From positions 1 through 40,566 of the forward strand of contig WJIW01000117.1 in the NCBI GenBank assembly GCA_014730065.1: a DNA stretch of 40,566 nucleotides, in the 5' to 3' direction. A model generated the notes under the pieces. The model was not told the DNA's origin, searched no databases, and saw only the letters and a list, made by a program, of their open reading frames with translations. Shown piece after piece: positions 1-9,679 of the stretch (its first letter is position 1; the number at the start of each line of letters is the position of its first letter). The position numbers were made by a program, and so were the translations under genes. This DNA is from Armatimonadia bacterium (GTDB lineage Bacteria; Armatimonadota; Zipacnadia; UBA1398).

Positions 1-1
1 C

Positions 2-355
2 GGCACCTGGCCCGACCCCGCGGGCAAGCCCCAGGCCCAGGCCATGGCGCTCTACGCGCTCTGCGCCCACGCCCTGGCGACAGGGGATCGCGCGTGGACC
101 GAGCAGGCGTGGCCCGCCATGACCCGGGCAGCGGTGGCATTGGCCCAAGGCGAGGTCCCCTGCGAGTGGGTGCTCGATGCCTACCGCAGGGTCTGCGGGG
201 AGCTCGATCTCGAGTGCCCGAAGGCAGTGGGCTCGCCGACCACGGGCGGCGGGCTGCCGGTCCCGCCGGATGAAGCGATCGACGCGGCCGGTGGGCCGTG
301 CCCAGTGTCGGCGGCGGCCAGAGCGGTGCTGCTGAATGCCGGCGGCGACGCGTAG
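2..355 (+). CDS. 3' fragment of a gene entering from the left edge; hypothetical, possibly (alpha/alpha)6 glycosidase-like
   Basis: The frame is open from base 2 (GTWPDPAGKPQAQAMALYALCAHALATGDRAWTEQAWPAMTRAA...) to TAG at 353-355. 'H..ATGD..W...WP...RAA' resembles helices of six-hairpin glycosidases. Truncated by the window. Confidence 0.45.
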   Translation, partial: GTWPDPAGKPQAQAMALYALCAHALATGDRAWTEQAWPAMTRAAVALAQGEVPCEWVLDAYRRVCGELDLECPKAVGSPTTGGGLPVPPDEAIDAAGGPCPVSAAARAVLLNAGGDA

Positions 356-373
356 GAGGGGACGTGTGGGTCC

Positions 374-2296
374 ATGGCAGCAGGAAGACAGCCGCGACGC
401 ATCCTGGCACCCGTGACGGGGCTGCTTGGGGGGTGGGTCGACGACCTCCGGATGGCGGGGAATCCGTACGCCATCCGCGACATTCGCTCCCGGGTTCGGG
501 GCCTGCGGTTCCCCTTGCTGCTTCTCATCTACCACGTCATCGTCATCGGCGTGGGGCTCATCGCCGTGGCCGCCTATGCCGCCAGCGCGAATCCCACTAC
601 CCCGGCGGGACGGTACGTCTTCCCATCCCTCGTGTACACCCAGCTCGTACTCGCTCCCATCGTCTCGGCGGTGCTGACGGCCACGTGCGTCTCCACCGAA
701 CGGGAGAAGCAGACCATCGATCTGGTGGTAATGACACCCATGCGCGGCGTCGAGATCGCGCTGGGGAAGCTGGCCATCCCGTGGGGACTCACCATGATGG
801 TCGCCATCACCTCGGCGCCGTACGCCGTGTTGTGCATGGTGGGCGGCGGGGTTAACTCGGGCTCGGTGCTGCTGCTGTACCTGGGTTTGGCCATCTTCTG
901 CGGGATCACCGCCACCTTCGGCCTGCTCATGTCCGTCGTGTCTCGAAGCTCGGCATCGGCCGTCATCGTGACCCTGGTCGTGTATGTGATCTGCCTGATC
1001 ACGGGTCTCGTGGGCAATGGACTGTTGGTTCAGGGCTCCTTCGGGGCCGGCATGTTCGGCCCGCCCAACTGGACCTTCGGCCCGTACACCTACCTTTACC
1101 CGACCACTTGGGCGAGCGGGATGCTGGCCGCCGGCGATGCCCAGTGCCTGGCCTTCGGTCGCGGCGTCCCCTTCTGGCTCGCCGGGGTGGCCGTCTGGGG
1201 CCTCCTGGGGGCCTACATGACCATGGTCGCCAGTTGCCGGCTGAGCATCACGCCGCCCAGGCACCTCATCGCCCGGCGAGTCTTGGGCCTGTTGACGTGG
1301 ACAGCGCTCGCAGCCATGGTCATCGGCGGGGTATGGGAGGACTTGGCTAGCGGATCGACCTTCTCCATGGCCAACCTCGGCGGGTACGGGGGCGGTGGGG
1401 CGAGCATGCTGGTCATCGTGTCTACCATCGCGACCATGGCGGCCTCGGTGGTTGCCATGCAATCGGGGCTGGGCGACTATCCGGACCTGTGGTGCCGACC
1501 CTTTGGCCAGGTGCTTCGGCGCATGGCCGTCCTGTGGAAGGTGCTGAGCCCCCGGCCCGAGTCGGGCCTGGCCATCGGTCTCCTTGGCTGGGCGGCGGCC
1601 GTGGCGGTCCCCTTCCTCGGGAACCACCTCGTCTTCGGGAGTGCCATCCCGCCATCCTTGGCTCCAGGTCATCTGCTGGGATTGCTGATCCCCCAGGTCC
1701 TCTGCATCGTCTTCGCCAGTTTTGTGGGGCTGTGGGCGAACGCGCGGTTCCCCTACGCGACCAACGCCCGCCGCAACGCCGCCGCCGGCCGACTGGTGCC
1801 GCTGCTGGCGTGGCCCATCGTCATGGCGATCGTGTTCGCCGCCATCGCGGGCCCTGTGGGTGCCCGCAACCCGGAGGCGGGATACATCACGTCGGCCATC
1901 GGAGCGCACGTGTCTGCCCTCAGCCCCTTCTCCCACCCCATGCTTCTGGGAATGGCGGGTCTATCGACGCCCATGGCGATGAAGGCATGGGTCGAGATCG
2001 GCCCCCTGAGCCTGCACCCACATATGGTGGCCGCCCTGATCGCCTTGGGACTGGCCATCGGCATGCTCGTGGTGACCGCTCGCCGGTGGCGGGAGAACGC
2101 CCGGTGGCTCCAGAGCCAGGGGTACTCCATGGGCAGGCTCGAGGAGCAGCAGGACCACACCGCCGTCACCCCGGCTCACGCCGTGTACCCCACCGATCCG
2201 TCGGTGCAGAAGACGGTTACCGCACCGGCCCAGGAGACGCCCGCGGAGCCATCCGAAACCGAGCCGCCGGGTCCCTACTCACCTGGCTCCAGGTAG
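374..2296 (+). CDS. ABC-2 type transporter permease-like polytopic membrane protein
   Basis: 640 aa with many hydrophobic segments. Motif 'STEREKQTIDLVVMTPM..EIALGKL' is typical of ABC-2 family permeases. AGGAGG at 354-359. Confidence 0.75.
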   Translation: MAAGRQPRRILAPVTGLLGGWVDDLRMAGNPYAIRDIRSRVRGLRFPLLLLIYHVIVIGVGLIAVAAYAASANPTTPAGRYVFPSLVYTQLVLAPIVSAVLTATCVSTEREKQTIDLVVMTPMRGVEIALGKLAIPWGLTMMVAITSAPYAVLCMVGGGVNSGSVLLLYLGLAIFCGITATFGLLMSVVSRSSASAVIVTLVVYVICLITGLVGNGLLVQGSFGAGMFGPPNWTFGPYTYLYPTTWASGMLAAGDAQCLAFGRGVPFWLAGVAVWGLLGAYMTMVASCRLSITPPRHLIARRVLGLLTWTALAAMVIGGVWEDLASGSTFSMANLGGYGGGGASMLVIVSTIATMAASVVAMQSGLGDYPDLWCRPFGQVLRRMAVLWKVLSPRPESGLAIGLLGWAAAVAVPFLGNHLVFGSAIPPSLAPGHLLGLLIPQVLCIVFASFVGLWANARFPYATNARRNAAAGRLVPLLAWPIVMAIVFAAIAGPVGARNPEAGYITSAIGAHVSALSPFSHPMLLGMAGLSTPMAMKAWVEIGPLSLHPHMVAALIALGLAIGMLVVTARRWRENARWLQSQGYSMGRLEEQQDHTAVTPAHAVYPTDPSVQKTVTAPAQETPAEPSETEPPGPYSPGSR

Positions 2297-5200
2297 AGGC
2301 CCAGCTCCGACAGGGCGGGGCAGACGGGCGACTCCACCACGCGCACCCGCACGCGCTCGATCGTGGTGGGCTCCAGGCGGATCAGCCGCCTAGCCCCAAT
2401 ACCTGTGACCGCCGCGACCTCGCGCCACTGGCCGCCTTCCCACACGTCCACGGCGATGGTCTCGATGCGCTGGCCCAGCGGCAGGTGCTCGCGAAGGGAG
2501 ATCACGTTGAAGGTAGTGGGCTGGCCCAGATCCAGCACCAGCTCCGGAGCCGTGACGCCATCGTCCGTCGCCCAGTACGTGTCGCGGTCGCCGTCGAGGA
2601 GCGCCTCGGGACCATAGGCCGGGTGGTCGCCGCGTACATCGCTGGCGGTAAGCTCCGCGCCGGCGGCCAGGTTCTCGTCGAACGTCTCCTCGATGATGCG
2701 CCCGAACTCAGCTAGCGACGCCGCATCGGCCTCGTGGATCTGTCCGCGCCGGTCGGGCGGCAGGTTCAGTAGTAGTGACGCGCCCCGCCCGATGGAGGCG
2801 TAGTATAGGTCCACGAGCTGCTGGGGTGTCTTCACATCGTCGTCCTCGGCGGGATGGTAGAACCAGCCCGGCCGGATGGAGACATCGGCCTCGGCGGGGA
2901 TCCACTCCGACCCTCCGCGCTCGCCCGATGTGTTGCGTGGGATGTCGATCTCGCCCACTGTGCCCTCGGGCGTGATGGTCGCCCAGCAAGGATCGCCGGC
3001 GACGCCGCTCTCGTTGCCGACCCACCGCACGTCGGGCCCTATGTCGCTGAAGATCACCGCGCCGGGTTGAAGCTCCCGGATCAAGCCCCAAGTCTCATCC
3101 CAGCCGTAGTAGCCGTGCTTGTCCACGCGCCGAGTCTCGTTGGCGCCTCCGTAGTAGCCGTCCCCGCCGTTGGCGCCATCGAACCAGACCTCGAAGATCT
3201 CGCCGTACTCGGTGAGCAGCTCCCGAAGCTGGTTACGGTAGTATTCCACGTAGGCCGGTGAGCCATAGTCCGCATGATTCCGGTCCCAGGGAGAGAGGTA
3301 CACGCCGAATTCGAGGCCATGGCGGCGACACGCCTCGGCCACCTCGCGTACCACGTCGCCTTCGCCATCGCGCCACGGACTCGCGGCAACGGAGTGGTCG
3401 GTGTACGCGCTCGGCCAGAGGCAGAAGCCGTCGTGGTGCTTGGCCGTCAGGATGAGGCCCTTCAGTCCCCCCTCGGCGGCGACCCGGGCCATCTGGTCGG
3501 CATCGAAGTCGGTGGGCTCGAAGATCGATGGGGACTCGTCCCCGAAGCCCCATTCCTTGTCGGTGAACGTGTTCACGGTGAAGTGCAGGAAGCCGTACAG
3601 CTCCAGATCATGCCAATCGAGCTGCCGGTCGCTGGGTAGGGCGCCGTAGGGCTCGGGCGGATCGGGCGCGGGACCGGTTCGGCGTACCACGCGGACGCCG
3701 AAGAGGCCGCCGGCGAAGTTGCCCTCATGGCCCCTCAGCTCGACGGTCACCCGGTCCTTGTTTTCGATCAGGTCCCCGGGCAGGGGGTAAGTGATCTGGA
3801 AGAACTCGTCGGGGGCGTCCATGTCCAGGGTCTGGGTGGCGATGACCTGGCCGTCCACCACGATGTCGAAGGTCCGGGCGCCCACATCGCTCCCCCAGTA
3901 CGTGCAGATCAGGTCCAGCGGCTCCGAGGGATCGACGGCCATCTCGAAGGAGAACCAGCCGCCATCGAAGCCATGCCGGAACTTCCGGCCCAGGTGTTCG
4001 CCCACGCCCGTGTTCTCGCCCTGGACGCTATGATCGCGCTCGTCCTGCATCTCCCCCGGCTGCATCCAGTCCACGGTGATGGCCTCGAGAACCTTCTGGC
4101 GCCGCCGCTCCTCGCGATACTCGGCCTGTCGCCGCTCCCAGCCCTCGGGGCTGAACCGTTCCCAGTAGACGGTGTACCTTTCGCCGTGGACCTGGTGGAA
4201 GGGCTTCAGGGGGACGTTCCTGGGATGGCCCGCTCCCCGCAGACGGAAGGTCAGGGGCTCGTCGCCCGCCACGATCCACTCCTCCAGATCGCGATCGCCC
4301 GGCACCAGAACGGGCACGTAATCCACTTCGGTGGCGCGGGGATCATTCTCGGGCCCTAATAGGCCCGCCAGCACGAGGGGGCCGTACAAGATGGCCACTC
4401 GGTCCGCATCGTCGGGCATGGGCTCCAGCCGGAGCTCCATGGGGAGGCGCACTCGAACCGTATCGCCGTCCTCCCACTGGCGGCGGATGTGGGCGTAGCC
4501 ATCCCTGACCTGCGCCGGCGCCTCTTCGCCGTTGACCTCGATGGCGAACCCGTCGCCGACCCAGCTCGGCTTGCGCACGGCCAGGGACATCTCGGTGGGT
4601 TCGGCCAAGTCCAGGGTCAGGGTGGTCGCCTCCTCGGAGGGGAAGTCGGTGGCCTGGCGGAGGGTCAGGCCTCGCTCATTCCAGTTCAGTGTCGAGGCGA
4701 TGAAGAGGTTGACGTACAAGGTGTCACCGGAATGGTAGTAGATCGACTCCCCGTACTTGGCGTGGTTCTCGATGCCCGTACCGACGCAGCACCAGAAGCT
4801 GTCGTCGATGGTGGAGTAGGTCTTGTGGGAGCCCGGCTCCAGGGGCACGTAGTAGCACACCATGCCCGTATCCGGGTTCTGCGAGGCCAGGATGTGGTTA
4901 TAGAGGGCCCGCTCGTAGTAGTCGGCGTGCCGGGCCGAGGGGTCCCAGGCCATGAGGTGCCGGGTCAGCTTGAGCATGTTGTACGTGTTGCACGTCTCGG
5001 TGGTCGAGCTCCCGAGGCGGTTGCTTAGCTGGTCCGGGGGCCCGAAGTGCTCGCTGGTCGTGTTCCCGCCGGTCACGTACGAGTGATGATCGATCACCGT
5101 GGACCAGAGGTTCTCGGCGATGGTCCGGTCGCGCTCGTCGCCCGTCAGCTCGTAGCGCCGGGCTACGCCGATGATCTTGGGGATCTGGGTGTTGCCATGA

Positions 5201-6006
5201 AGGCCGGGGAGGGGGTCCTCGCCTTCGGCCAGGGGCTCGAGCACCGCCTCGTGGTGGAACTTGCGCGACAGCTCGAGGTATCTCTCCTCGCCCGTCACGG
5301 CATACAGCTCAGCGAAGGACTCGTTGATGCCGCCATGCTCGCACGCCAGCATGGTCTGCCATTGGTCGTGGGTCAGGTTGGCTGTGAGCTGGTAGGCCCA
5401 GTCCGCCAGCTCGATGGCGACCTGGAGAGCCAGCTCGTTGCCGCAGTGGCGGTGCGTGTCCAGGAGTCCGGCGAACTGCTTATGAAGGGTGTACCAGGGC
5501 ACCCAGATGCCATTCAGGTCGAAGCCCGCGCTACGGATGTCACCGGCCTTGATCTCGGCGAAGGCCCGCCGGCCATCGGGGATCGCGGCCACGTAGCCGT
5601 CCCCGTTGGCCCGCTGGCACTCGCGCAGCTCGTCCACGATGTAGGCCGTTCGGTCGCCGAGCCGCTCATCGCCGGTGGAGGCGTACATCTTGGCGCAGGC
5701 GGTGAGATAGTGGCCCAGAGTATGCCCGGCGACGCCCTCCGATTCCCATGCGCCATAGGACTCGGCCTTGGGCTCCAATCCGGCCTCGGAGCGGAACCGT
5801 GCCAGCAGCCGGTCGGGCTCCAGCGCCAGGAGCCACCGACCATCCAGCTCCATGGCGTGCTTGAAGGGCCCCTCCTCCAGCCGCACCGACTCGAGAGGGA
5901 AGGGCAGTGCGACGACGGCGTCCACGTTGGGGACGGCGGCGTCGGGAGGCGGGAGCTGGCCGATCAGGGCGGGCAGGAGAGACGCTGCGGTGAGAACGGT
6001 GGGCAT
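2275..6006 (-). CDS. Multidomain glycosidase: GH127/GH146 (DUF1680) beta-L-arabinofuranosidase-like module + accessory beta domains + GH29 alpha-L-fucosidase + C-terminal F5/8 type C (CBM32-like) domain
   Basis: The N-terminal half has YGAWE, GHTLGHYL, HGNTQIPK, ETCNTYNMLKL and WCCVGTG.ENHAKYGESIY. The C-terminal half has FLHFTVNTF, LTAKHHDGFCLWPS, YLSPWDRNH and EVWFDGANGGDG (GH29 nucleophile), then DGDRDTYW...GQRI (F5/8C). Start moved to ATG 6006, which has GGAGGAG 6 nt upstream; 1243 aa. Confidence 0.88.
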   Translation of the reverse strand: MPTVLTAASLLPALIGQLPPPDAAVPNVDAVVALPFPLESVRLEEGPFKHAMELDGRWLLALEPDRLLARFRSEAGLEPKAESYGAWESEGVAGHTLGHYLTACAKMYASTGDERLGDRTAYIVDELRECQRANGDGYVAAIPDGRRAFAEIKAGDIRSAGFDLNGIWVPWYTLHKQFAGLLDTHRHCGNELALQVAIELADWAYQLTANLTHDQWQTMLACEHGGINESFAELYAVTGEERYLELSRKFHHEAVLEPLAEGEDPLPGLHGNTQIPKIIGVARRYELTGDERDRTIAENLWSTVIDHHSYVTGGNTTSEHFGPPDQLSNRLGSSTTETCNTYNMLKLTRHLMAWDPSARHADYYERALYNHILASQNPDTGMVCYYVPLEPGSHKTYSTIDDSFWCCVGTGIENHAKYGESIYYHSGDTLYVNLFIASTLNWNERGLTLRQATDFPSEEATTLTLDLAEPTEMSLAVRKPSWVGDGFAIEVNGEEAPAQVRDGYAHIRRQWEDGDTVRVRLPMELRLEPMPDDADRVAILYGPLVLAGLLGPENDPRATEVDYVPVLVPGDRDLEEWIVAGDEPLTFRLRGAGHPRNVPLKPFHQVHGERYTVYWERFSPEGWERRQAEYREERRRQKVLEAITVDWMQPGEMQDERDHSVQGENTGVGEHLGRKFRHGFDGGWFSFEMAVDPSEPLDLICTYWGSDVGARTFDIVVDGQVIATQTLDMDAPDEFFQITYPLPGDLIENKDRVTVELRGHEGNFAGGLFGVRVVRRTGPAPDPPEPYGALPSDRQLDWHDLELYGFLHFTVNTFTDKEWGFGDESPSIFEPTDFDADQMARVAAEGGLKGLILTAKHHDGFCLWPSAYTDHSVAASPWRDGEGDVVREVAEACRRHGLEFGVYLSPWDRNHADYGSPAYVEYYRNQLRELLTEYGEIFEVWFDGANGGDGYYGGANETRRVDKHGYYGWDETWGLIRELQPGAVIFSDIGPDVRWVGNESGVAGDPCWATITPEGTVGEIDIPRNTSGERGGSEWIPAEADVSIRPGWFYHPAEDDDVKTPQQLVDLYYASIGRGASLLLNLPPDRRGQIHEADAASLAEFGRIIEETFDENLAAGAELTASDVRGDHPAYGPEALLDGDRDTYWATDDGVTAPELVLDLGQPTTFNVISLREHLPLGQRIETIAVDVWEGGQWREVAAVTGIGARRLIRLEPTTIERVRVRVVESPVCPALSELGLYLEPGE

Positions 6007-6094
6007 GTAGGGCTCCTCCGGCATGGGATTGGTGAAGCGGAGTTCGCGCCCTTTCGCGGGTACCCTTGCGAGTGATGAGGCGATCGCGGTAGCT

Positions 6095-6127
6095 GAAAGG
6101 GGCGAGGCCCCCATGGACCTCGCCCCT
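6095..6127 (-). terminator. Probable intrinsic terminator of the 6186-6554 gene
   Basis: The minus strand reads AGGGGCGAGGTCC-ATGG-GGGCCTCGCCCCT-TTC: a 13-bp stem with one G-U pair and a short U run. A second inverted repeat TTCCGGC...GCCGGAA lies at 6146-6170. Confidence 0.55.
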
Positions 6128-6185
6128 CCCTGACCAGCGTCCCCCTTCCGGCACCCCCCCGGGGCCGGAAAGCCTCTCGGAGTCG

Positions 6186-6554
6186 CTACTCTTCGCCGCC
6201 CGGACGGGGTCGCTGCGGGGGCTCGGGCCGGGGCAGCTCCGTCTCGGCCAGTAGCTCGAGGGTGTTGCCGTCGAACTTCATCAGCTTGGGCCCAGCCAGC
6301 ACATAGACGGCGCCGCGATCAGCGGAGATCGCCGGTCCGCCGCCACCGCCGGGTCGCATCATGCCCGGACCTCCGGGGCCGCCGGGCCCACCCGGTCCGC
6401 CGGGGCCCATCATGCCTGGGCCGGTGCCCGGGCCGGTTCCGCCACCGGGGCCTCGGAACCCCTGGGCTTGGGCGATGGCCGCCGCCCCGGCAACGACCAC
6501 CAGTACGATCAAGACTAACGTCAGAACGCCATAGCGTGTGGTCATTCCGATCAC
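6186..6554 (-). CDS. Small exported Gly/Pro-rich hypothetical protein
   Basis: Signal-peptide-like N-terminus (RYGVLTLVLIVLVVVAGAAAIA), GPG repeats, and a short C-terminal beta segment (ISADRGAVYVLAGPKLMKFDGNTLELL). Codon usage is gene-like and a hairpin follows. Start is GTG 6554 or ATG 6545. Confidence 0.7.
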   Translation of the reverse strand: MIGMTTRYGVLTLVLIVLVVVAGAAAIAQAQGFRGPGGGTGPGTGPGMMGPGGPGGPGGPGGPGMMRPGGGGGPAISADRGAVYVLAGPKLMKFDGNTLELLAETELPRPEPPQRPRPGGEE

Positions 6555-6712
6555 CCTACCTTCTCTCTTGGAGTTACCGACGGGCTCTTCTTGCTCCCCG
6601 TCGATGGTGTCATGCTACCCAGCCCGCATGACAAGAACTGGCGGCCTACCATGACAGAGTTGTAATCTGCCAGCCTGGGTGCGGGTGATGCGGGAGCGAA
6701 GGGATGGACCCC

Positions 6713-7738
6713 ATGATCCCGAGGGAGCGCCAGCTCGCCGCGATCGAGCATGAAGAGGCCGACCGGCCGTCGGTGGATGTCATCTGCATCGAGATCATGC
6801 CGGAGCTGGCCGAGACCCTAGGCGTGGCCGAAGACCAAGTGTACGAAGCTCTCGGGATCGATGGCCGTATCGTGGGCGCGGGGCACCTGGGCCCGCCCCG
6901 GCAGACACCCGATGGCCAGCTACTGAGCGAATGGGGCACGGGTAGCGACTGGGTGTACTCGCATCGCCACCAGCGGCCTCTGGCGGGGGCCGAATCTGTG
7001 GCCGACGTGGAGGCCCACCCATGGCCCGACCCCGACTGGTACGGCTACGATCAGGCGGCCAAGCTGGCCGCTACCATCTCATCGAATTACGCCGTCCGCG
7101 GGCCGACGTGGATGCCGATAGCCTGCCGGGTCTTCGAGCTCTTCGGTGTCGAGCGAGCCCTCATGCACCTGGCCGGCGAGCCCGCCGTCTTCGAGGCCGC
7201 GGCCCGGCACGTGCACCGCTTCGTGCGCCGTTACTCGGAGCGTCTCTTGGATGCCTGCGGCGACCACATGCCCATCTACTCCATCGGCGACGACTTCGCC
7301 ACCCAGCGCGGCCTGATGATCAGCCCCGATGCTTGGCGGCGCGTGCTGAAGCCTCTCTATGCGGACCTCTTCGAGATGGCCCGCCAGAGGGGCAGGTACG
7401 TGTGGCTCCATTCCTGCGGGGACATCACCGCGGTGCTTCCCGATCTGATCGACATAGGGATGGATGTGTGGGAGACGGTGCAGCTCCATACCTTGCCCAT
7501 CGACGCCCACGCCCTGAAGCGGGAGTACGGCCGGGATGTGTGCTTCTTCGGCGGGATCAACACCCAGCGGCTGCCCTTCGCCACGCCCGACGAGATACGG
7601 CGGGAGGTGGATGAAGTGATGCGTGCTCTGGCGCCCGGGGGAGGGTTCATCTGCGGCCCGGACCATCACATCAAGCCCGACGTTCCGGCGGAGCGCGCCA
7701 TCGCCCTGTTCCGCGCGGCGACAAGCGAGCCCCGATAG
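6713..7738 (+). CDS. Uroporphyrinogen decarboxylase (URO-D/MtaA-CmuA-like) family protein
   Basis: MIPRER...H.E.DRP, GDDFATQRGLMISP, WLHSCGDI, FFGGINTQ, GGGFICGPDH. Start is ATG 6713 (or 6704). Confidence 0.85.
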   Translation: MIPRERQLAAIEHEEADRPSVDVICIEIMPELAETLGVAEDQVYEALGIDGRIVGAGHLGPPRQTPDGQLLSEWGTGSDWVYSHRHQRPLAGAESVADVEAHPWPDPDWYGYDQAAKLAATISSNYAVRGPTWMPIACRVFELFGVERALMHLAGEPAVFEAAARHVHRFVRRYSERLLDACGDHMPIYSIGDDFATQRGLMISPDAWRRVLKPLYADLFEMARQRGRYVWLHSCGDITAVLPDLIDIGMDVWETVQLHTLPIDAHALKREYGRDVCFFGGINTQRLPFATPDEIRREVDEVMRALAPGGGFICGPDHHIKPDVPAERAIALFRAATSEPR

Positions 7739-7756
7739 TCCCTGGGCGCCAAAGGC

Positions 7757-7765
7757 TGCTATCCT
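7757..7765 (+). promoter_or_regulatory. Candidate extended -10 promoter (TGnTATCCT) for the osmC cluster
   Basis: TGCTATCCT lies 30 nt before ATG 7795, with a GGAG SD in between. A motif differing at only one base (TGGTATCCT) recurs at 11381. Confidence 0.35.
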
Positions 7766-7794
7766 GGAGACGAGAGTCGAGAGGATGGAGAGTC

Positions 7795-8223
7795 ATGGCC
7801 ACCGCCAATGTGAAGATCGTCCTGGAGGACGCGGATGGCTACACCTTCCGCGCCGAGTTCCCCACAGGCCACCAGATCAAGATGGACATCCCCGAAGAGA
7901 GCGGGGGCGCCGACGAGGGTCCCCGGCCCATGCAAGTCATGCTCGCCGCCCTCGGCGGCTGCACGGGCATCGATGTCATGTCGATCCTGAACAAGATGAA
8001 GCAGCCCGTTGAGGGTTACGAGATCCACATCGAGGCCGACCAGTCCGAGGAGCACCCCAAGGTCTACACCGAGATCCGGGTCACCCACGTCATCAAGGGC
8101 GATGTGGAGGATGACCGAGCCGCCCGGGCCGTTGAGCTGAGTAGCGAGAAGTACTGCTCGGTCAGCGCCCAGATCAAGCAGGAGGGTACCGTGGAGTCGG
8201 ACTACCGTCTGGAGTCTGACTAG
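7795..8223 (+). CDS. OsmC/Ohr family protein (YhfA-like)
   Basis: GPRPMQVMLAALGGCTGIDV ... AVELSSEKYCSVS: both family cysteines are present. Confidence 0.88.
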   Translation: MATANVKIVLEDADGYTFRAEFPTGHQIKMDIPEESGGADEGPRPMQVMLAALGGCTGIDVMSILNKMKQPVEGYEIHIEADQSEEHPKVYTEIRVTHVIKGDVEDDRAARAVELSSEKYCSVSAQIKQEGTVESDYRLESD

Positions 8224-8226
8224 CCC

Positions 8227-9675
8227 ATGGCCAAACCCGAATGGGATGTCGTTACCCTAGGCACTGGGGCCGCCGGTCTGGTCGCTGGACACATCGCTGG
8301 GGGGCTGGGCCTGAGGACCGCGTGCATCGAAGCCGATCGAGTGGGCGGGGAGTGCTCCTGGACAGGCTGCGTGCCGAGTAAGGCACTCCTCCATGTGGCC
8401 GACCGGGTGCATCGCATCCGGCGCGGCATCCCTGGTGTGGAGCTGGAGACGGACGGCTTGGACGCGTCCGGCGCCCTTGAGCATGTGCGCCGGATCACAC
8501 GAGACATGGGCGGAGAGCTTACCGCCGACGCCCTTGCGGCAAAGGGCATGGAGCTGGTCGAGGCCCGGGGCACGCTGCTGCCCGAGTCCCAGCCGGTCGC
8601 CGACGCCGCGGGCCGAGGCCTCGCCGCCCGATGCGTGCTTATCGCCACCGGATCCCGGCCCAAGATCCCACCCGTACCGGGGCTGGCCGATCTGCCGTAC
8701 CGCACAAACCAGACCCTGTTCGATCTGGACCAGCCGCCAGGCTCCATGGTCATCTTGGGCGCGGGACCCATCGGGATCGAGATGGCCCAGGCCTTCAACC
8801 GCCTGGGCACCCGGGTCACGGTCGTCGACCGGGGCTCCGAGATCCTGGCCCAGGACGATCCCGAGCACGCCCGGTGGCTGCGCGAGATCCTACAAGCCGA
8901 AGGCGTGGAGTTCCTCCTGGGTTCGAACATCGTACGGGCCAGGCTCCTGGACGGGTGGCCGGCACTGGTGCATGAGGACGAGACTGGCGAACGGGTCGTG
9001 GCCGGCGAGCAGCTCCTGGTCGCGGCGGGCCGGGAGCCGAATACCGCGGGACTGGGTCTGGACGAGGCGGGGATCGAGCATTCGCCGCGAGGTGTTGAGG
9101 TGGACGACCTGCTGCGTACGACCCGCCGGGGGATCTACGCGGTCGGTGACGTGAACGGCAGATGGCCCTTCTCGCACATGGCCGAGTACGAGTCCACCAT
9201 CGCCACCAGCCACGCCCTCTTCGGCCTGCGGCGTAAGGCGAGCTACCGGGACGGCGGATGGTGCACCTTCACCGACCCCGAGGTGGCGAGCTGCGGGATC
9301 AACGCCGCCGAAGCGGAGCATCGCGGCCTGGCCTACGGCGTCCACCGCTGGGGCTTCGACTCCGACGACCGAGCCCGGGTGGACGGCCAGGCGGTGGGGG
9401 AGGTCAAGGTGGTCGCCGACCCGCGCACCGGCCGCCTCTTGGGCGCCCAGATCATCGGGCCTCGGGCCGGCGAGGCCATTCAGGAGTACATCCTGGCACT
9501 TGGTCGGCGGATCCCCGTCCACGCCCTCGCCCAGACGGTTCACGTCTACCCCACCGTTAGCGTGACGGCTCAGCGCGCCTCCCAGATGTGGATGCGCGAC
9601 CGGCTGCAGGTGGGCTGGACCTCGCGCCTGGCGCGCCAGTATCTGGCCCTTCGGGGCTTCGGCCGCGGGGGGTGA
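8227..9675 (+). CDS. Class I pyridine nucleotide-disulfide oxidoreductase (MerA/LpdA-like flavoprotein)
   Basis: GTGAAG FAD loop, GGECSWTGCVPSK redox dithiol, GAGPIGIE NAD(P)H loop, YAVGD, FTDPEVA, HVYPT. No C-terminal Cys-Cys. Confidence 0.88.
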   Translation: MAKPEWDVVTLGTGAAGLVAGHIAGGLGLRTACIEADRVGGECSWTGCVPSKALLHVADRVHRIRRGIPGVELETDGLDASGALEHVRRITRDMGGELTADALAAKGMELVEARGTLLPESQPVADAAGRGLAARCVLIATGSRPKIPPVPGLADLPYRTNQTLFDLDQPPGSMVILGAGPIGIEMAQAFNRLGTRVTVVDRGSEILAQDDPEHARWLREILQAEGVEFLLGSNIVRARLLDGWPALVHEDETGERVVAGEQLLVAAGREPNTAGLGLDEAGIEHSPRGVEVDDLLRTTRRGIYAVGDVNGRWPFSHMAEYESTIATSHALFGLRRKASYRDGGWCTFTDPEVASCGINAAEAEHRGLAYGVHRWGFDSDDRARVDGQAVGEVKVVADPRTGRLLGAQIIGPRAGEAIQEYILALGRRIPVHALAQTVHVYPTVSVTAQRASQMWMRDRLQVGWTSRLARQYLALRGFGRGG

Positions 9676-9679
9676 GCCG

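Noticed and set aside
2275-2296. Convergent 3' overlaps (22 bp here; 11 bp at 12568-12578)
   Set aside because: Short tail-to-tail overlaps are ordinary in compact high-GC genomes.
6330-6460. GC-rich short repeats as a CRISPR array or VNTR
   Set aside because: They are degenerate codons for Gly-Pro-Gly inside a coding region, with no repeat-spacer periodicity.
6713-7738. Calling this gene hemE
   Set aside because: It lacks the HemE N-terminal W.MRQAGR motif and has no tetrapyrrole context.
8227-9675. Calling this gene merA or lpdA
   Set aside because: No NmerA domain, C-terminal Cys-Cys or mer genes; no His-Glu dyad or 2-oxoacid dehydrogenase context.
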